Shown here: piece by piece, positions 40,680-51,983 of the stretch
How positions within the stretch are numbered: position 1 is the first letter of the stretch
Layout: each line of letters starts with the position of its first letter
DNA from: an uncultured virus (IMG/VR IMGVR_UViG_3300038423_000131)
Taxonomy: Duplodnaviria; Heunggongvirae; Uroviricota; Caudoviricetes
Reading direction: 5' to 3' (one strand)
Virus record (IMG/VR): IMGVR_UViG_3300038423_000131
DNA length: 64,000 nt
The notes under the pieces: model-generated
What the model saw: only the letters and a program-made list of their open reading frames with translations
Told to the model about the DNA's origin: nothing
Database searches by the model: none
Made by a program: the position numbers and the translations under genes

Positions 40680-41138
40680 ATGAATTTGAACAAAAAACAA
40701 AAGAAAAATAATGTTATACAGAAGATAGTAGAACAAGACACTAAAGACCATCCTTCTGATTATGAAATTAAAGATTCTGGTCAACGCCGAGATTTTGGTA
40801 CAGGAGCAGTTCGTGATATGAGTCAGGGTAAAGGAAGATTTGACCTTATACCTTGGCAAACTATACGGGCTTTAGCAATTCATTATGAAAAGGGTTGCAA
40901 GAAATATGGGGACAGAAATTGGGAAAAAGGAATACCAGTTAGTTCATTTCTTGATTCTGCTATGCGTCATTTAGCACAAGTTGTTGATGGTCGTGATGAC
41001 GAAAATCACTTGGTTGCATCTCTGTGGAATATTGCTTGTGCTTATCAAACCATTCTTTGGATTCAAGAAGGTAAACTTCCACCAGAATTATATAATCTTC
41101 CACGAAAAATAACGCTTCCTGACCCTTATTCTCAATAA
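40680..41138 (+). CDS. dATP/dGTP diphosphohydrolase-like (DUF5664-type) protein
   Basis: TGAVRD, GKGRFDLIP, KYGDRNWEKG, DSAMRHL. Confidence 0.78.
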   Translation: MNLNKKQKKNNVIQKIVEQDTKDHPSDYEIKDSGQRRDFGTGAVRDMSQGKGRFDLIPWQTIRALAIHYEKGCKKYGDRNWEKGIPVSSFLDSAMRHLAQVVDGRDDENHLVASLWNIACAYQTILWIQEGKLPPELYNLPRKITLPDPYSQ

Positions 41139-41218
41139 TTTTTAGTTATTTTGTGTTTTTTAACCATAAAACTTATATAGTTGAAGTTAATTAAGTAATA
41201 AATTAAATAGGTGAAAAT

Positions 41219-43984
41219 ATGTCTTCTCCAAAGAAAACCAGAAAGAAAATAATAGCTAAAGCAGAGGTTAAAGAAACCAATTTAGATTATGATAATTTTG
41301 AAAAGTTTGTTAAGGAAGAAGCGGAGCGTACTGGACAGAATCCACAGAAAATTATTGATGAAACTTTTAAAGATGGGTTTTTAATTTGGACAGTTAATGA
41401 TACTGCGGCTATAGCTGGAGAAGGTAAGCCTGCTAACAGCACTACTATAAGTCAATCTAAATTAGATAGTATGATTGCAAGTATTCAAGCTAATAAAAAT
41501 CTTTCTCAAGATGACAAAACAATTGCCGTATCCCACATAATGGAAACTTATAAAGTTGGCGAATCTGCAACTGCTGGTGGTATAACTCAGGCTACGCCAG
41601 TTTTAACGGCATGGGCTATGCCTCAAGACGCTAATGATGTTGATGAACATAGGCGTTTAAGAAAAGAATTTGCACCAGTATCGAGAGCAATAGATTATCT
41701 TAAATCAACCATTATGGGTAATAATCTTGATGTTTTGATTGATGACCCAGCAGATAAGTATAAACTTGACCTTAAAGAACAACTTCAAGATTTTATGAGG
41801 GATATTTATCAAGACCAATATACAACTTCACTTTATTCGCTTTTGGGCATTATGCTTGATGAAGCCTTAACTGTTGGCGGTGCAGGTGCAGAAATTAGAT
41901 ATAATGTTGACCCTGACCATTACCCAAAATTTTGGGATTATGTTAAATCAGTTAAACAATCTCCGTTGCCAGTTGGCAAAGGTCCACTTGGCGGAACAAG
42001 TGGTAGCGGATATACTTACTTTGAAAGTAAAGAACCAGAGTGGAAAAAACTAAATGAAATTGTTCAACTTAAACTTTTGAAAAATGGAATAGGAAGATTA
42101 AAGTTATATCGTGAGCCCAGAACTTGGGAAGCTAATTATTGGACTTTAGATGAAATAGTTGGTTCTGGAGATACTGCAATGGCTATTCACCAATTAACTT
42201 TAAAAGATGATTCAGGACAAGTTCTTAGATATTATCCTTGGCAAATGTTTTGGCTCAACCTTAATAGGCGTGAATATGATGAACGTGGAATAAGTGTTAT
42301 TGAACCAGTTAAAAAGACAGCATTACTATTAGAAAAAATTCTTAGTTCAGTAGGTGAAGGAATATATCGTGCTGGAAACAAGAAATATTTCATTATTTGT
42401 GGAACAGAAAAGAGACCTTGGAGCAAACCACATATTAGAAATGTAATGCAACAGATTCAGGAAATGGGTAAGCGTAATTGGACAAATGTGCCAGTTCCAT
42501 ATGGATTTGACATTAAGGATATAGGTGGAACAGTTTTTGAAGCCGAATCTGTAATTGCCAATTTAACTCAGATATTAGCTCAAGGTATGCATGTTCCATT
42601 GTCAGTCGTTATACCAGCAAGAGAAGCACCAGAAAGTGCTAAAGAAGAATCAGGAGCAAGTTTTAATGAAATTGAACGAATGAGACATGAATTTAAGCAG
42701 GCTGTGGAGCAACAATTATTTAAGAAACAACTTTGGTGCAAGCATGGTAAGACACGCCAGAAGCAAGGTGGTGCAGTTGCACCTATGTATGTGCCTGAAC
42801 TTGAACAATCAACTAAAGGTTTACAAAGCCCAATAGAGAGACTTACAACTATAATTCAAATCCTTAATGTTGCTAACCCTGTTGACCCGCAACTTAAACT
42901 TGAACTTGACCGTGAATTCGCTAAGATATTAGGTTATGATATGATTAAAATGAAGACTCAGGAAAAGTTGCGTAAAGAACTTGATGTTATGCAAGAACAG
43001 AAAGAGGAACAGGCAGAATTAGCGTTGAAACAAACTAAACTTGGTATTGAAAATGCAAAGAAAGCCGCTCAACAATCACAACCAACAACTAATCCTATTG
43101 GCAAGCAACAAGGTCAACCTCAACCGCCAACAGAAGATAAGCAACAGAAGCGTCTTGCAAGTGGCGTAAGTAAAAATCTTAAAGGTAAAGCAAAGCCTAT
43201 GGGTGGTCCAAGAACACCTAAAGAAAATAAAGGAGTAAGTGAAACTGCTGTAGATGAAAGTAATATAGAAGAAGAAGAAACTAATGTAGAAGAAACTACA
43301 GAAGTTCAAGAATTCGATACTTTAAAACAGGAACCAGCCGCACATCCGCAACATATTGTTCCATCAAGCGAATATAAAGGTGAAAGTAGCCAGAAGACAG
43401 GTGGCAATTATGGTCCACAAGGATACCATACAGTTATTATTGGTAAAGGCACTATGCGTAAGTTTTCAATTAAGAAGGGTGAAGGAGAATTTATTACAGC
43501 ATTTATTAATCCCTTAACTCAAGAAGAAGTTGAAGTTGTTAAAACACAATTATCAGATGGAATAGCTGGATTCAGCGAAGATATGTCAAAGATTTATATA
43601 GATGAAGCCGTTCCAAATTGGATGTATCTTGGCTTAATAACTCATGAAACCTTTGAAATGACCATGATGAAAACATTAGGATTTGAATATAGATTTGCAC
43701 ATATTAAAGCTACAGAAGTTGAAAAAGAAGCAGTTGAAAATCTTGGAATAGATTGGAAGAAATATGATGATGAATACAAGCGTCTGCTTAAAGTAGTTGA
43801 AGAACGCAAACCTCATCCATCTAATCCTAAAGATATAGAAAAAAGTAAATGGAGTAAAGTAGCTGGCGGCAAAGGCGGTGGTGGTGGAATGGACAGTTCA
43901 AGGTTAGGTCATACTGCCCAAGAGGATACAGGACAGCCATTGATGGGTCGTAGTGAATTGCAATATTCAAAAGATAAGCCGTAG
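41219..43984 (+). CDS. Portal protein with long C-terminal extension
   Basis: VSRAIDYL, RGISVIEP, LAQGMHVPLSV portal-like pattern; C-terminal HETFE domain. Confidence 0.7.
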   Translation: MSSPKKTRKKIIAKAEVKETNLDYDNFEKFVKEEAERTGQNPQKIIDETFKDGFLIWTVNDTAAIAGEGKPANSTTISQSKLDSMIASIQANKNLSQDDKTIAVSHIMETYKVGESATAGGITQATPVLTAWAMPQDANDVDEHRRLRKEFAPVSRAIDYLKSTIMGNNLDVLIDDPADKYKLDLKEQLQDFMRDIYQDQYTTSLYSLLGIMLDEALTVGGAGAEIRYNVDPDHYPKFWDYVKSVKQSPLPVGKGPLGGTSGSGYTYFESKEPEWKKLNEIVQLKLLKNGIGRLKLYREPRTWEANYWTLDEIVGSGDTAMAIHQLTLKDDSGQVLRYYPWQMFWLNLNRREYDERGISVIEPVKKTALLLEKILSSVGEGIYRAGNKKYFIICGTEKRPWSKPHIRNVMQQIQEMGKRNWTNVPVPYGFDIKDIGGTVFEAESVIANLTQILAQGMHVPLSVVIPAREAPESAKEESGASFNEIERMRHEFKQAVEQQLFKKQLWCKHGKTRQKQGGAVAPMYVPELEQSTKGLQSPIERLTTIIQILNVANPVDPQLKLELDREFAKILGYDMIKMKTQEKLRKELDVMQEQKEEQAELALKQTKLGIENAKKAAQQSQPTTNPIGKQQGQPQPPTEDKQQKRLASGVSKNLKGKAKPMGGPRTPKENKGVSETAVDESNIEEEETNVEETTEVQEFDTLKQEPAAHPQHIVPSSEYKGESSQKTGGNYGPQGYHTVIIGKGTMRKFSIKKGEGEFITAFINPLTQEEVEVVKTQLSDGIAGFSEDMSKIYIDEAVPNWMYLGLITHETFEMTMMKTLGFEYRFAHIKATEVEKEAVENLGIDWKKYDDEYKRLLKVVEERKPHPSNPKDIEKSKWSKVAGGKGGGGGMDSSRLGHTAQEDTGQPLMGRSELQYSKDKP

Positions 43985-44048
43985 CAAAAGATTTAAATAA
44001 TTGTTTAACAAATATATTATGAGTGGAAACTATGGAGTGTGATAAATA

Positions 44049-45908
44049 ATGCCAGCAGGTAGTGGTGGTTCTCTTTGGTATGGACCAATAGACAATCCGC
44101 CAAATGGTGATTTACTTTCAGATGCCCGTTTAAACCAGAAGACTAATTATATTGGTAGTGCTGACCCAAGCATTACTTTTGCTGGTATGTTATATTATAA
44201 TACAAGCACAGATACGCTCGAAATCAGGAAAGCTGATAATGCCAGTTGGTTCATTGGGTTAAATCAAAGTTTGAAATCAACTGACAGTCCAATTTTTGCT
44301 GGTTTAACTATAGGTGCTTTGTCTGGTGTTTTAAAAGGTACGGCTGGTGTAGTTGGTGGTTCAGCTACTTGTGATGATATAGCAGATGGAATAACTTATG
44401 TCAGAACGCATAACGACTTTTCTTCAACTTATAAAAATTATCTTAATCAATCTGTTACTTCAAGTGCTACACCAATATTTGCTGGGTTAACACTTAACTA
44501 TGCTGGAACAGATGTTTTATTAATTGAAACAACAGCAGACTCAGATGTAGGAGTAGAAATATATAGAAATAAAACTGCTGGTAGTTATAATGAGTCATGG
44601 TACATGCATATTCCAACATCTCACCAATACTTACAATGGGATATAGATGGTTCAACTTACTTGATGCAATTAAGCACTTCTGGAACTTTATCTCTTGCTG
44701 GCAGTTTATATGTTAATGGTGGAAGTTTCGGTCTTGAAGTTACTTCTAATGTTGAAGTAAGTTTCCAGTTTGGAAGAACAGGATTAAGTTATCCCATAAT
44801 TTGGACACAGTTTATAGATGTATCTTCTACTTTACTTCAATGGTATCAAAGCACTACTGGTTCTACTGTAATGTCATTAGACCATTCTGGAAACTTAGTG
44901 ATTGTTGGGGGTCTTACTATTGCTACTGCTACAGGTGGTGTACTTAAAGCTACTGCTGGTGTTGTAGCTGGTAGTGCAACCTTAGACGATATAGGCGAAG
45001 GTACAACCTATAAGAGAGTTACAGCAACTATATATGGTTACTTATCTAATGCTAATGCACAGTTAAGTGCTTTATATACTATAGGTAGCCCCACCTTTGC
45101 TGGACTTACATTAACGGCTTTCTCAGGATTTGTTAAAGCAACTGCTGGTATATTATCAGCCGCCGCTTTAACAGATGCAGATATACCAAATGATATTACT
45201 CTTACAAACATCACACAAATTACCAATAGAAGTCATACTTCTTTATCTGATATAGGAACACTAACTCACGCAACAATAGATACTTATCTTGACCAAGCAG
45301 TTAAAGCGGCAAGTTCACCAGTATTTGTTAATCCACATTGGACAGGATATGGATATAGTACACAAGCAAATTTAACTACTACAATATTAGCTTTTGGAAA
45401 GACAGGTGATGCTAATTGGGCTTGTACAATAAATTCTGGTGGTAGGATAGATTGGGGTGCTGGTGGTGCAATAGCAGTTGATACTAATTTATATCGTAGT
45501 GGTGCTAACATATTAAAGACTGATGATGCCTTTTATGCTGTTGGCAACATTACAACCGATGGTAATTTTAAATTAAATAGTTACGGAACTACAACATTCT
45601 TTGCAGGTGGTCAGACATATATAAAATGGCAATCTGGGTTTGGCGGTTCACTTATTGCTGATGGAAGTGATTTTGCAATAATGATGGTAACTAATCCAAC
45701 TATTTTCCATATTTATTCTGGTACTAATGATATTACTACAGCTACCGAAATTTTAAAACTTACTTATGCAGGGCAATTATCATTACTTGGTTATGTTCAA
45801 CCAACTGGCGGTTATAATGCGGCTGATGGTACTGCTGGTGTAACTTTCGCTGCGTCTTCCATCAAAACCTTAACGGTAAAGAATGGTTTAGTTGTTGCTT
45901 ACACTTAG
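44049..45908 (+). CDS. Tail fibre / receptor-binding protein
   Basis: Repeated NQS...SPIFAGLT, GVLKATAG; DTNLYRSGANILKTDD; C-terminal VKNGLV. Confidence 0.7.
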   Translation: MPAGSGGSLWYGPIDNPPNGDLLSDARLNQKTNYIGSADPSITFAGMLYYNTSTDTLEIRKADNASWFIGLNQSLKSTDSPIFAGLTIGALSGVLKGTAGVVGGSATCDDIADGITYVRTHNDFSSTYKNYLNQSVTSSATPIFAGLTLNYAGTDVLLIETTADSDVGVEIYRNKTAGSYNESWYMHIPTSHQYLQWDIDGSTYLMQLSTSGTLSLAGSLYVNGGSFGLEVTSNVEVSFQFGRTGLSYPIIWTQFIDVSSTLLQWYQSTTGSTVMSLDHSGNLVIVGGLTIATATGGVLKATAGVVAGSATLDDIGEGTTYKRVTATIYGYLSNANAQLSALYTIGSPTFAGLTLTAFSGFVKATAGILSAAALTDADIPNDITLTNITQITNRSHTSLSDIGTLTHATIDTYLDQAVKAASSPVFVNPHWTGYGYSTQANLTTTILAFGKTGDANWACTINSGGRIDWGAGGAIAVDTNLYRSGANILKTDDAFYAVGNITTDGNFKLNSYGTTTFFAGGQTYIKWQSGFGGSLIADGSDFAIMMVTNPTIFHIYSGTNDITTATEILKLTYAGQLSLLGYVQPTGGYNAADGTAGVTFAASSIKTLTVKNGLVVAYT

Positions 45909-45917
45909 GTGATTTAA

Positions 45918-48900
45918 ATGTCATCAAGATTTTCTGCCTACGTTGATACAGGTCATGTAGATGAATCATGGGTCGATTTGATAGTTGACCAGATAATTGC
46001 TTATTATATAGATTCATTATTTAAAAGAGCGAATATACCTAAGACAGATGAAATTGACATAATATTAAAAAGATTAAATATAATTAAGACTGATAATATT
46101 GATATATTATTTAAACGACTAAACATAACTAAGACGGATAATGTTGACGTATTGCTACAAAGATTAGGCATAACTAAAACTGATGATGTTGATGTTTTGA
46201 TTGAACGATTAGGATTAACCAAGACTGATAACGTAGATGTAGTATTAGAAAGGTTTAATGTAACCAAGACCGATTATGTTGATGTATTGATAAAACGATT
46301 TGGATTAACTAAAGTTGAATCATTAGATGTTTTATTAGAAAGATTTGGAATAACCAAGACAGACAACTTTGACGTTTTAATAGAAAGAAGTGGTATCCCA
46401 CTAACTGAAAGTATAGATGTTGTATTTAAAGGACAAGTTGTATATTTGCCAGAACAAATAGATGCTATTTTTACAAGATTAGATATAATTAAAACCGAAT
46501 CTATAGACGCATTATTGGAACGAAAAGGAATATTATTAACCGATAATATGGATGTTATATTAAAGAGATTTAACGAGTCAAAAACATACAATATAGATAC
46601 TATGATACAAAGATTAGGAATAACCAAGACAGATGATATTGACACAATACTTGAACGATTAGGTATAGTTAAAACTTACAATGTAGATGTAGCTTTGCAG
46701 AGGTTAGGGATAACTAAGACAGATAACGTTGATACATTATTGCAAAGATTAGGCATACCTAAAACTTATTCAATAGATACATTATTAACAAAATTACAAG
46801 TTAAAACATATAGTATTGATATGACACTTTTGAGATATGGTATAACTAAGACTGATAATGTGGATACATTATTACAAAGATTAGGCATTGTTGACACTTA
46901 TAATATTGATGTATCTCTGTTAAGATATGGTGTTACTAAAACAGATAATATTGATATATTGCTACAAAGGTTAGGTTTAACTAAAACTGACAATATAGAT
47001 ACATTGTTTGAAAAATTAAACATTACTAAGACTGAAAATATTGATGCGATATTTTTAAGATACGGCGTAACCAAGACAGATAATGTAGATGCATTATTCA
47101 AGAGATTGGATATACCTCTAACTTACAATGTTGATACCGTTTTATTAAGATATGGATTGATTAAAACTAACAATGTGGATACGTTACTTGAACGATTAGG
47201 ACTGACTAAGACTGATAACATAGATGTCTTATTTATGTTGTTAGAAGTAAAAACTTACAATATTGATGCCTTATTATTAAGATATAATGTTACAAAAACT
47301 GATAATGTAGATACGTTATTGGAACAATTGAATATAACTAAGACGGACAATGTTGACACTTTATTAGAAAGATTAGATATACCTGTAACTTATAATGTTG
47401 ATGTTACTTTGACAAGATATAACATTTTGAAGACCGATAATGTGGATGTATTATTAGAACGATTAGGAGTAACTGCAACGGACAATGTTGACGTATTATT
47501 TATAAAATTAAACACTAAGTCAGAGAATATTGATGCAATCTTTTTAAGATATGGAATAATCGCAACAGATAATATAGATACAATGTTTACAAAATTAAGT
47601 GTTATAACCTATGATTTAGACGTTGTATTGTTAAGATATGGATTAACGAAGACAAATAACGTAGATACATTAATTGAACGATTAGGATTAACCAAGACCG
47701 ATAATATTGATGTGTTATTACAAAGATTAGATATTCCTAAGACAGAGAGCGTTGATGCAATATTTTTAAGATATGAAATTACTAAAACTGATAATATAGA
47801 TACATTATTATCAAAATTAAATATTCCCTTAACTTATGATGTTGATGTTATTTTAGCAAGATTAGGCATACTTAGAACTGATAATATTGACGTATTGTTT
47901 GAAAGATTCGGAGTAATTATAACCGATAATGTTGACGTATTATTCCAAAAGATAGGAACGAGATTTTATGGTCTTGATGTTTCATTATTAAAATATGATA
48001 TAACAAAAACAGATAATGTAGATGCATTATTACAACGATTAGGATTAACATTAACTGACAATGTAGATGCTCTATTTCAGGCGTTAGATATACCCAAAAT
48101 ATATAATATTGATGTTACTTTAAAAATATATGGTTTAACAAGAATGGATAGTGTTGATGTATTGATACAGTTGTTAGGAATAAAACCTTATAATGTTGAT
48201 GTTTCGTTACAGAGATTAGGAGTAGTTAGAACTGATAATATTGATATTTTACTGCAAAGATTGAATATATCCTTAACTGAGGATATTGATGTATTGTTTG
48301 AAAAATTAGATATACCTATAACTTATTATGTAGATGTTGATTTAGCAAGATACGGAATTTTAAGAACAGATAACATAGATGTTTTAATACAAAAATTAAA
48401 TATAGTTAAAACTGCTCCTATTGATGTTCTATATGAACGATTAGGATTAACCAAGCAAGAGTCTATAGATGTTTTATTTAAGCAATTAAGTATTACAAAA
48501 TATGATAACGTTGATGTATTATTTAAAAAAGTAGGAGTAACCAAAACTGATAATGTAGATGTGATGTTCCAAAAATTAGCAATAACCAGACCAGAAATTT
48601 TAGACCTTATTATAGAAGCACTTAATATAGAACGCTTTTATGATTTAGATGTCATATTTAATAGGTTTAATATAACTAAAACAAATCCAATAGATACAAT
48701 ATTTACATTAAGACCTATGAATTTATATTCGTTAGATGTTGTGTTGCTTCAACTTCCATTAATCGAAGTAATAGGTAATCAATGGTATCTTAAATATGAC
48801 CCAACAATGACACAATATAAAGATAAACCAACACTTAAAGAAGACTATGAATATGACCCAGAGTTGCATTCTGCTCAACCAGCATATACAATTAAGGATT

Positions 48901-49184
48901 CTGGACCAGCCGAAGCAATAGATACAAGAACTTTGCCTACTGGACATGGCAAACCAAGTGGTTTTAATGTTATAGGCAATACTGGAATAGACCTTTACGA
49001 AGTGTGTCCTGTGTGCGATGAGGTACTTCATTTATATGGGGTGAAAGACATCATTACACATGAAAAGGTGTACCGATGTCGAAACTGCCATGCTGAACTC
49101 GTAAAATCTAATGTTGGGTGGGTGGTCCCGCAAGACCAAATTCCACCTTCAAAAGGAAGACCGAACGATATTGGATTTCCTTAA
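45918..49184 (+). CDS. Large repetitive virion protein (about sixty 14-15-aa repeats) with C-terminal Zn ribbon
   Basis: Consensus TKTDNVDVLLQRLGI; CPVC...CRNC. Confidence 0.65.
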   Translation: MSSRFSAYVDTGHVDESWVDLIVDQIIAYYIDSLFKRANIPKTDEIDIILKRLNIIKTDNIDILFKRLNITKTDNVDVLLQRLGITKTDDVDVLIERLGLTKTDNVDVVLERFNVTKTDYVDVLIKRFGLTKVESLDVLLERFGITKTDNFDVLIERSGIPLTESIDVVFKGQVVYLPEQIDAIFTRLDIIKTESIDALLERKGILLTDNMDVILKRFNESKTYNIDTMIQRLGITKTDDIDTILERLGIVKTYNVDVALQRLGITKTDNVDTLLQRLGIPKTYSIDTLLTKLQVKTYSIDMTLLRYGITKTDNVDTLLQRLGIVDTYNIDVSLLRYGVTKTDNIDILLQRLGLTKTDNIDTLFEKLNITKTENIDAIFLRYGVTKTDNVDALFKRLDIPLTYNVDTVLLRYGLIKTNNVDTLLERLGLTKTDNIDVLFMLLEVKTYNIDALLLRYNVTKTDNVDTLLEQLNITKTDNVDTLLERLDIPVTYNVDVTLTRYNILKTDNVDVLLERLGVTATDNVDVLFIKLNTKSENIDAIFLRYGIIATDNIDTMFTKLSVITYDLDVVLLRYGLTKTNNVDTLIERLGLTKTDNIDVLLQRLDIPKTESVDAIFLRYEITKTDNIDTLLSKLNIPLTYDVDVILARLGILRTDNIDVLFERFGVIITDNVDVLFQKIGTRFYGLDVSLLKYDITKTDNVDALLQRLGLTLTDNVDALFQALDIPKIYNIDVTLKIYGLTRMDSVDVLIQLLGIKPYNVDVSLQRLGVVRTDNIDILLQRLNISLTEDIDVLFEKLDIPITYYVDVDLARYGILRTDNIDVLIQKLNIVKTAPIDVLYERLGLTKQESIDVLFKQLSITKYDNVDVLFKKVGVTKTDNVDVMFQKLAITRPEILDLIIEALNIERFYDLDVIFNRFNITKTNPIDTIFTLRPMNLYSLDVVLLQLPLIEVIGNQWYLKYDPTMTQYKDKPTLKEDYEYDPELHSAQPAYTIKDSGPAEAIDTRTLPTGHGKPSGFNVIGNTGIDLYEVCPVCDEVLHLYGVKDIITHEKVYRCRNCHAELVKSNVGWVVPQDQIPPSKGRPNDIGFP

Positions 49185-49245
49185 TTGTTATATATAATAA
49201 AAAGATTTAAATACTTGAACCTCTCATTTATATCAATGATAAACT

Positions 49246-49818
49246 ATGGGTAAGATAATAATTGACCAATATACTAATATGGATTTATCACCAAAAAGAA
49301 AGTGGCAACTACGTCATCCAGACCAAGCTAAAAAATTAATTAAAACATCTTATAAAAAATATTATTTAAAAAATAAAGAAAAATTATGTAAATATCAACA
49401 AAAATATTATAAAGAAAATAGGGGGAAAATTTTGGAAAAGAAAGAAAAATATTTTTTAAATAATAAAGATAGAATACAACAATATAATAGAATGAATATA
49501 AATAGAAAACGAAAATGGGAAATAAAAAATAGAGACAAATTAAGAATTGAAGTTATCCAATTATTAGGTGGTAAATGTGCTAATCCATATAATATTGAAC
49601 ATGGTGGATTTATGAATGACACTCGTTGTTTACAGATTGACCATATATATGGTGGCGGTAATAAAGAAGCCAAGGAATTAGGTAGTAGAGGAATTCTCTA
49701 TAAAGTATTAAAAGACTCAAATCATAAATTGAAATATCAGTTACTTTGTGCTAATTGTAATTGGATAAAGAAAGTTATAAATAATGAAAACTCAAAACCA
49801 TTATACAAAAATAGTTAG
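49246..49818 (+). CDS. HNH homing-endonuclease-like protein
   Basis: LGGKCANP...LQIDHI..GG...YQLLCANCN; paralog of 7651-8118. Confidence 0.75.
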   Translation: MGKIIIDQYTNMDLSPKRKWQLRHPDQAKKLIKTSYKKYYLKNKEKLCKYQQKYYKENRGKILEKKEKYFLNNKDRIQQYNRMNINRKRKWEIKNRDKLRIEVIQLLGGKCANPYNIEHGGFMNDTRCLQIDHIYGGGNKEAKELGSRGILYKVLKDSNHKLKYQLLCANCNWIKKVINNENSKPLYKNS

Positions 49819-50285
49819 CTGTTTCGTTTCTTTTTCGTATTCCGCATCACAAATCTCTGCATTATCCTCAAGAACTTTCATCATTAACTCATCCCAACGT
49901 TGTTTTATTTCAGCTATATTAAGCCTTTGAATTGAATCCCATTTTATGCCACTTCCCCTAATTTTATACCAATTTTCAGTTCCTTGTGGGTTCCATTCAA
50001 ATGCGTTACCAAGAACTCCTTGCGTTACACTCGGACAAACCAAACTTTTTTCCTGTTCTGTTTTTGTGTTTCCAACCATATTATTTAAACAGTCTTTACA
50101 ATAGACTTTATAATCAACCATTACAAACCCATCTTTACCACAACTACATTTAGGGTCAATAAACTCTGGTATAGGGTAAATTAATAATTCAGTAGTAATG
50201 TCAGGTTTATAGGTGGTGTTCATAATATAACGTTCAGCCACTTTTTTCTCATCTGTTTTGTGCGTTAGCCGCCTAAGTATAATTT

Positions 50286-50732
50286 TTATAATTCCACCCT
50301 CAACTCTCTCTTTCTCCTTAGTGACTCGGGCAACCAAATTAAATCTAAATCTTCTATTTTAGGTTCATTCTTGCTTTTAAACATTACTATTACTAACTTT
50401 TTCTTTTCATTATGAATTTTCTTTAATTTGGTAAACCCCATACTTGCATAAAATTCATAACTTTCTTTAAGTGAATAAAGAACTATGGGTTTAGTTAATA
50501 GTCTGGATAATCCTTTGAGTAAATTAACTAATAATTTGCCATATCCAAGCCTTATGAATTTGTCTTCTATGGTTATTGTGTCAACTGATATTTGGTAATT
50601 TGTAATAATGAATCCAGCCTCTCCAACCTTTTCGCCAGACTTAAAAATGGTTATATCTCCTTCAATATCATCTATTCCTTTGATTTTGCTTCTACCACCA
50701 CGCATTTTAATTTCAACATCATTTTTACACAT
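50286..50732 (-). CDS. GNAT acetyltransferase-like protein
   Basis: RLGYGKLL and FYASMGF. Confidence 0.65.
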   Translation of the reverse strand: MCKNDVEIKMRGGRSKIKGIDDIEGDITIFKSGEKVGEAGFIITNYQISVDTITIEDKFIRLGYGKLLVNLLKGLSRLLTKPIVLYSLKESYEFYASMGFTKLKKIHNEKKKLVIVMFKSKNEPKIEDLDLIWLPESLRRKRELRVEL

Positions 50733-50845
50733 ATTTAACCAAACTATATAATATACAATCGGTTATATAAAAGTTACGGTTATTACGCCAAAAAGTGTAA
50801 CCATAAAGTTTAAATAGTTAAGTAGTTACTTAATAGATATAGGTA

Positions 50846-51495
50846 ATGAATATGGGCGAAAAAAATGTCGAGTTAGTTAGAAAATTCAAACCCCTAAGTT
50901 CAGAAGATTTAAAGGCTACAATTAAAGCACAGGAAGAAGCTAAGAAACAGTATAGCATAGATACTATGGAACTTGAAAAAGAACTTGAAGCATTCAATAA
51001 AGTATCAGACCCATTAGTTAATCCAGCCACAGGAAAAGCTATGTGTTGGATTCGAAGACCGTCACAAGCAGAATGGGAAGCTATGGTTCCGCAAGATGTA
51101 GTTCCATATATGGGACATCCAGAAAGTATGCCGCCTGAGATTGCAAAAAAGAATAATGATTTGATATTTACAATGATGGAAAAAATAATTGTTAATCCAA
51201 AACATGATGCCGCATACTGGAAATCACATGCGAATTTGCAGTTTATTCAACTCTTTAGTATGCATTTAGACAATACCTTTAAAGAACTTGGAATCTCTAC
51301 GACAAATTTTTAAAAACGGACTATGGTTATCAACAACTGATGGTGTGTGAATTCCTGCATTGCCTGCCAAGCGAACTAAAAAAACGGATGCGAAAGGGAA
51401 ATGGATATGTGGACTATTTCCTGATATTAGCGTATAAGTCCAGACAGTCCGAGTTAGATGCCGAAGCAATGGAAAGGGCTAAAGCTAAAAAGTAA
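50846..51495 (+). CDS. Tail assembly chaperone (50846-51313) with -1 frameshift extension to 51495
   Basis: Slippery A-AAT-TTT at 51304-51310 before the stop; the -1 frame stays open for about 60 codons; lies upstream of the tape measure gene. Confidence 0.72.
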
Positions 51496-51497
51496 GA

Positions 51498-51983
51498 GTG
51501 AATAAAATGATTGGTTTAGAAGAAACGGACAATGGTTCAAAGAAGAAAGTATCAGAGGAATTAGGCGGTTTAGGCAAGAAACTTAACGATGACCTTAGAG
51601 AACGTCTTGAGAAAATTTGGAATGATATTTATAATGATGCTGTTGCAGAATGTCCAGTTGATACTGGTAGTCTTGTAACTTCTATTAAACTTGTTGTTGA
51701 TGATAGTAATTTAGAAGGTGGCGGTGCAGGTATAGATATAAGTTCTTCTGGAATGTCAGAAAACGTTTATAATGGAACAATAACGGCAGGTGATGACGCT
51801 ATTATAAATCCTAAGAATGGTATTCCCACAAGTACATATGCCATCATGGTTCATGATGGACACTTTACTGTTGATGGTACATGGGTCGAAGGGATACCAT
51901 TTCTTTCTGATGCATTAGATAAACATTCAGCCGAATTAGAAGCCGCAATAGATGACGCAATGAAAGAGGTAGGTGCTGAATAG
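51498..51983 (+). CDS. HK97 gp10-like neck/tail protein
   Basis: CPVDTGSLVTSI, YAIMVHDG, PFL. Confidence 0.75.
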   Translation: MNKMIGLEETDNGSKKKVSEELGGLGKKLNDDLRERLEKIWNDIYNDAVAECPVDTGSLVTSIKLVVDDSNLEGGGAGIDISSSGMSENVYNGTITAGDDAIINPKNGIPTSTYAIMVHDGHFTVDGTWVEGIPFLSDALDKHSAELEAAIDDAMKEVGAE

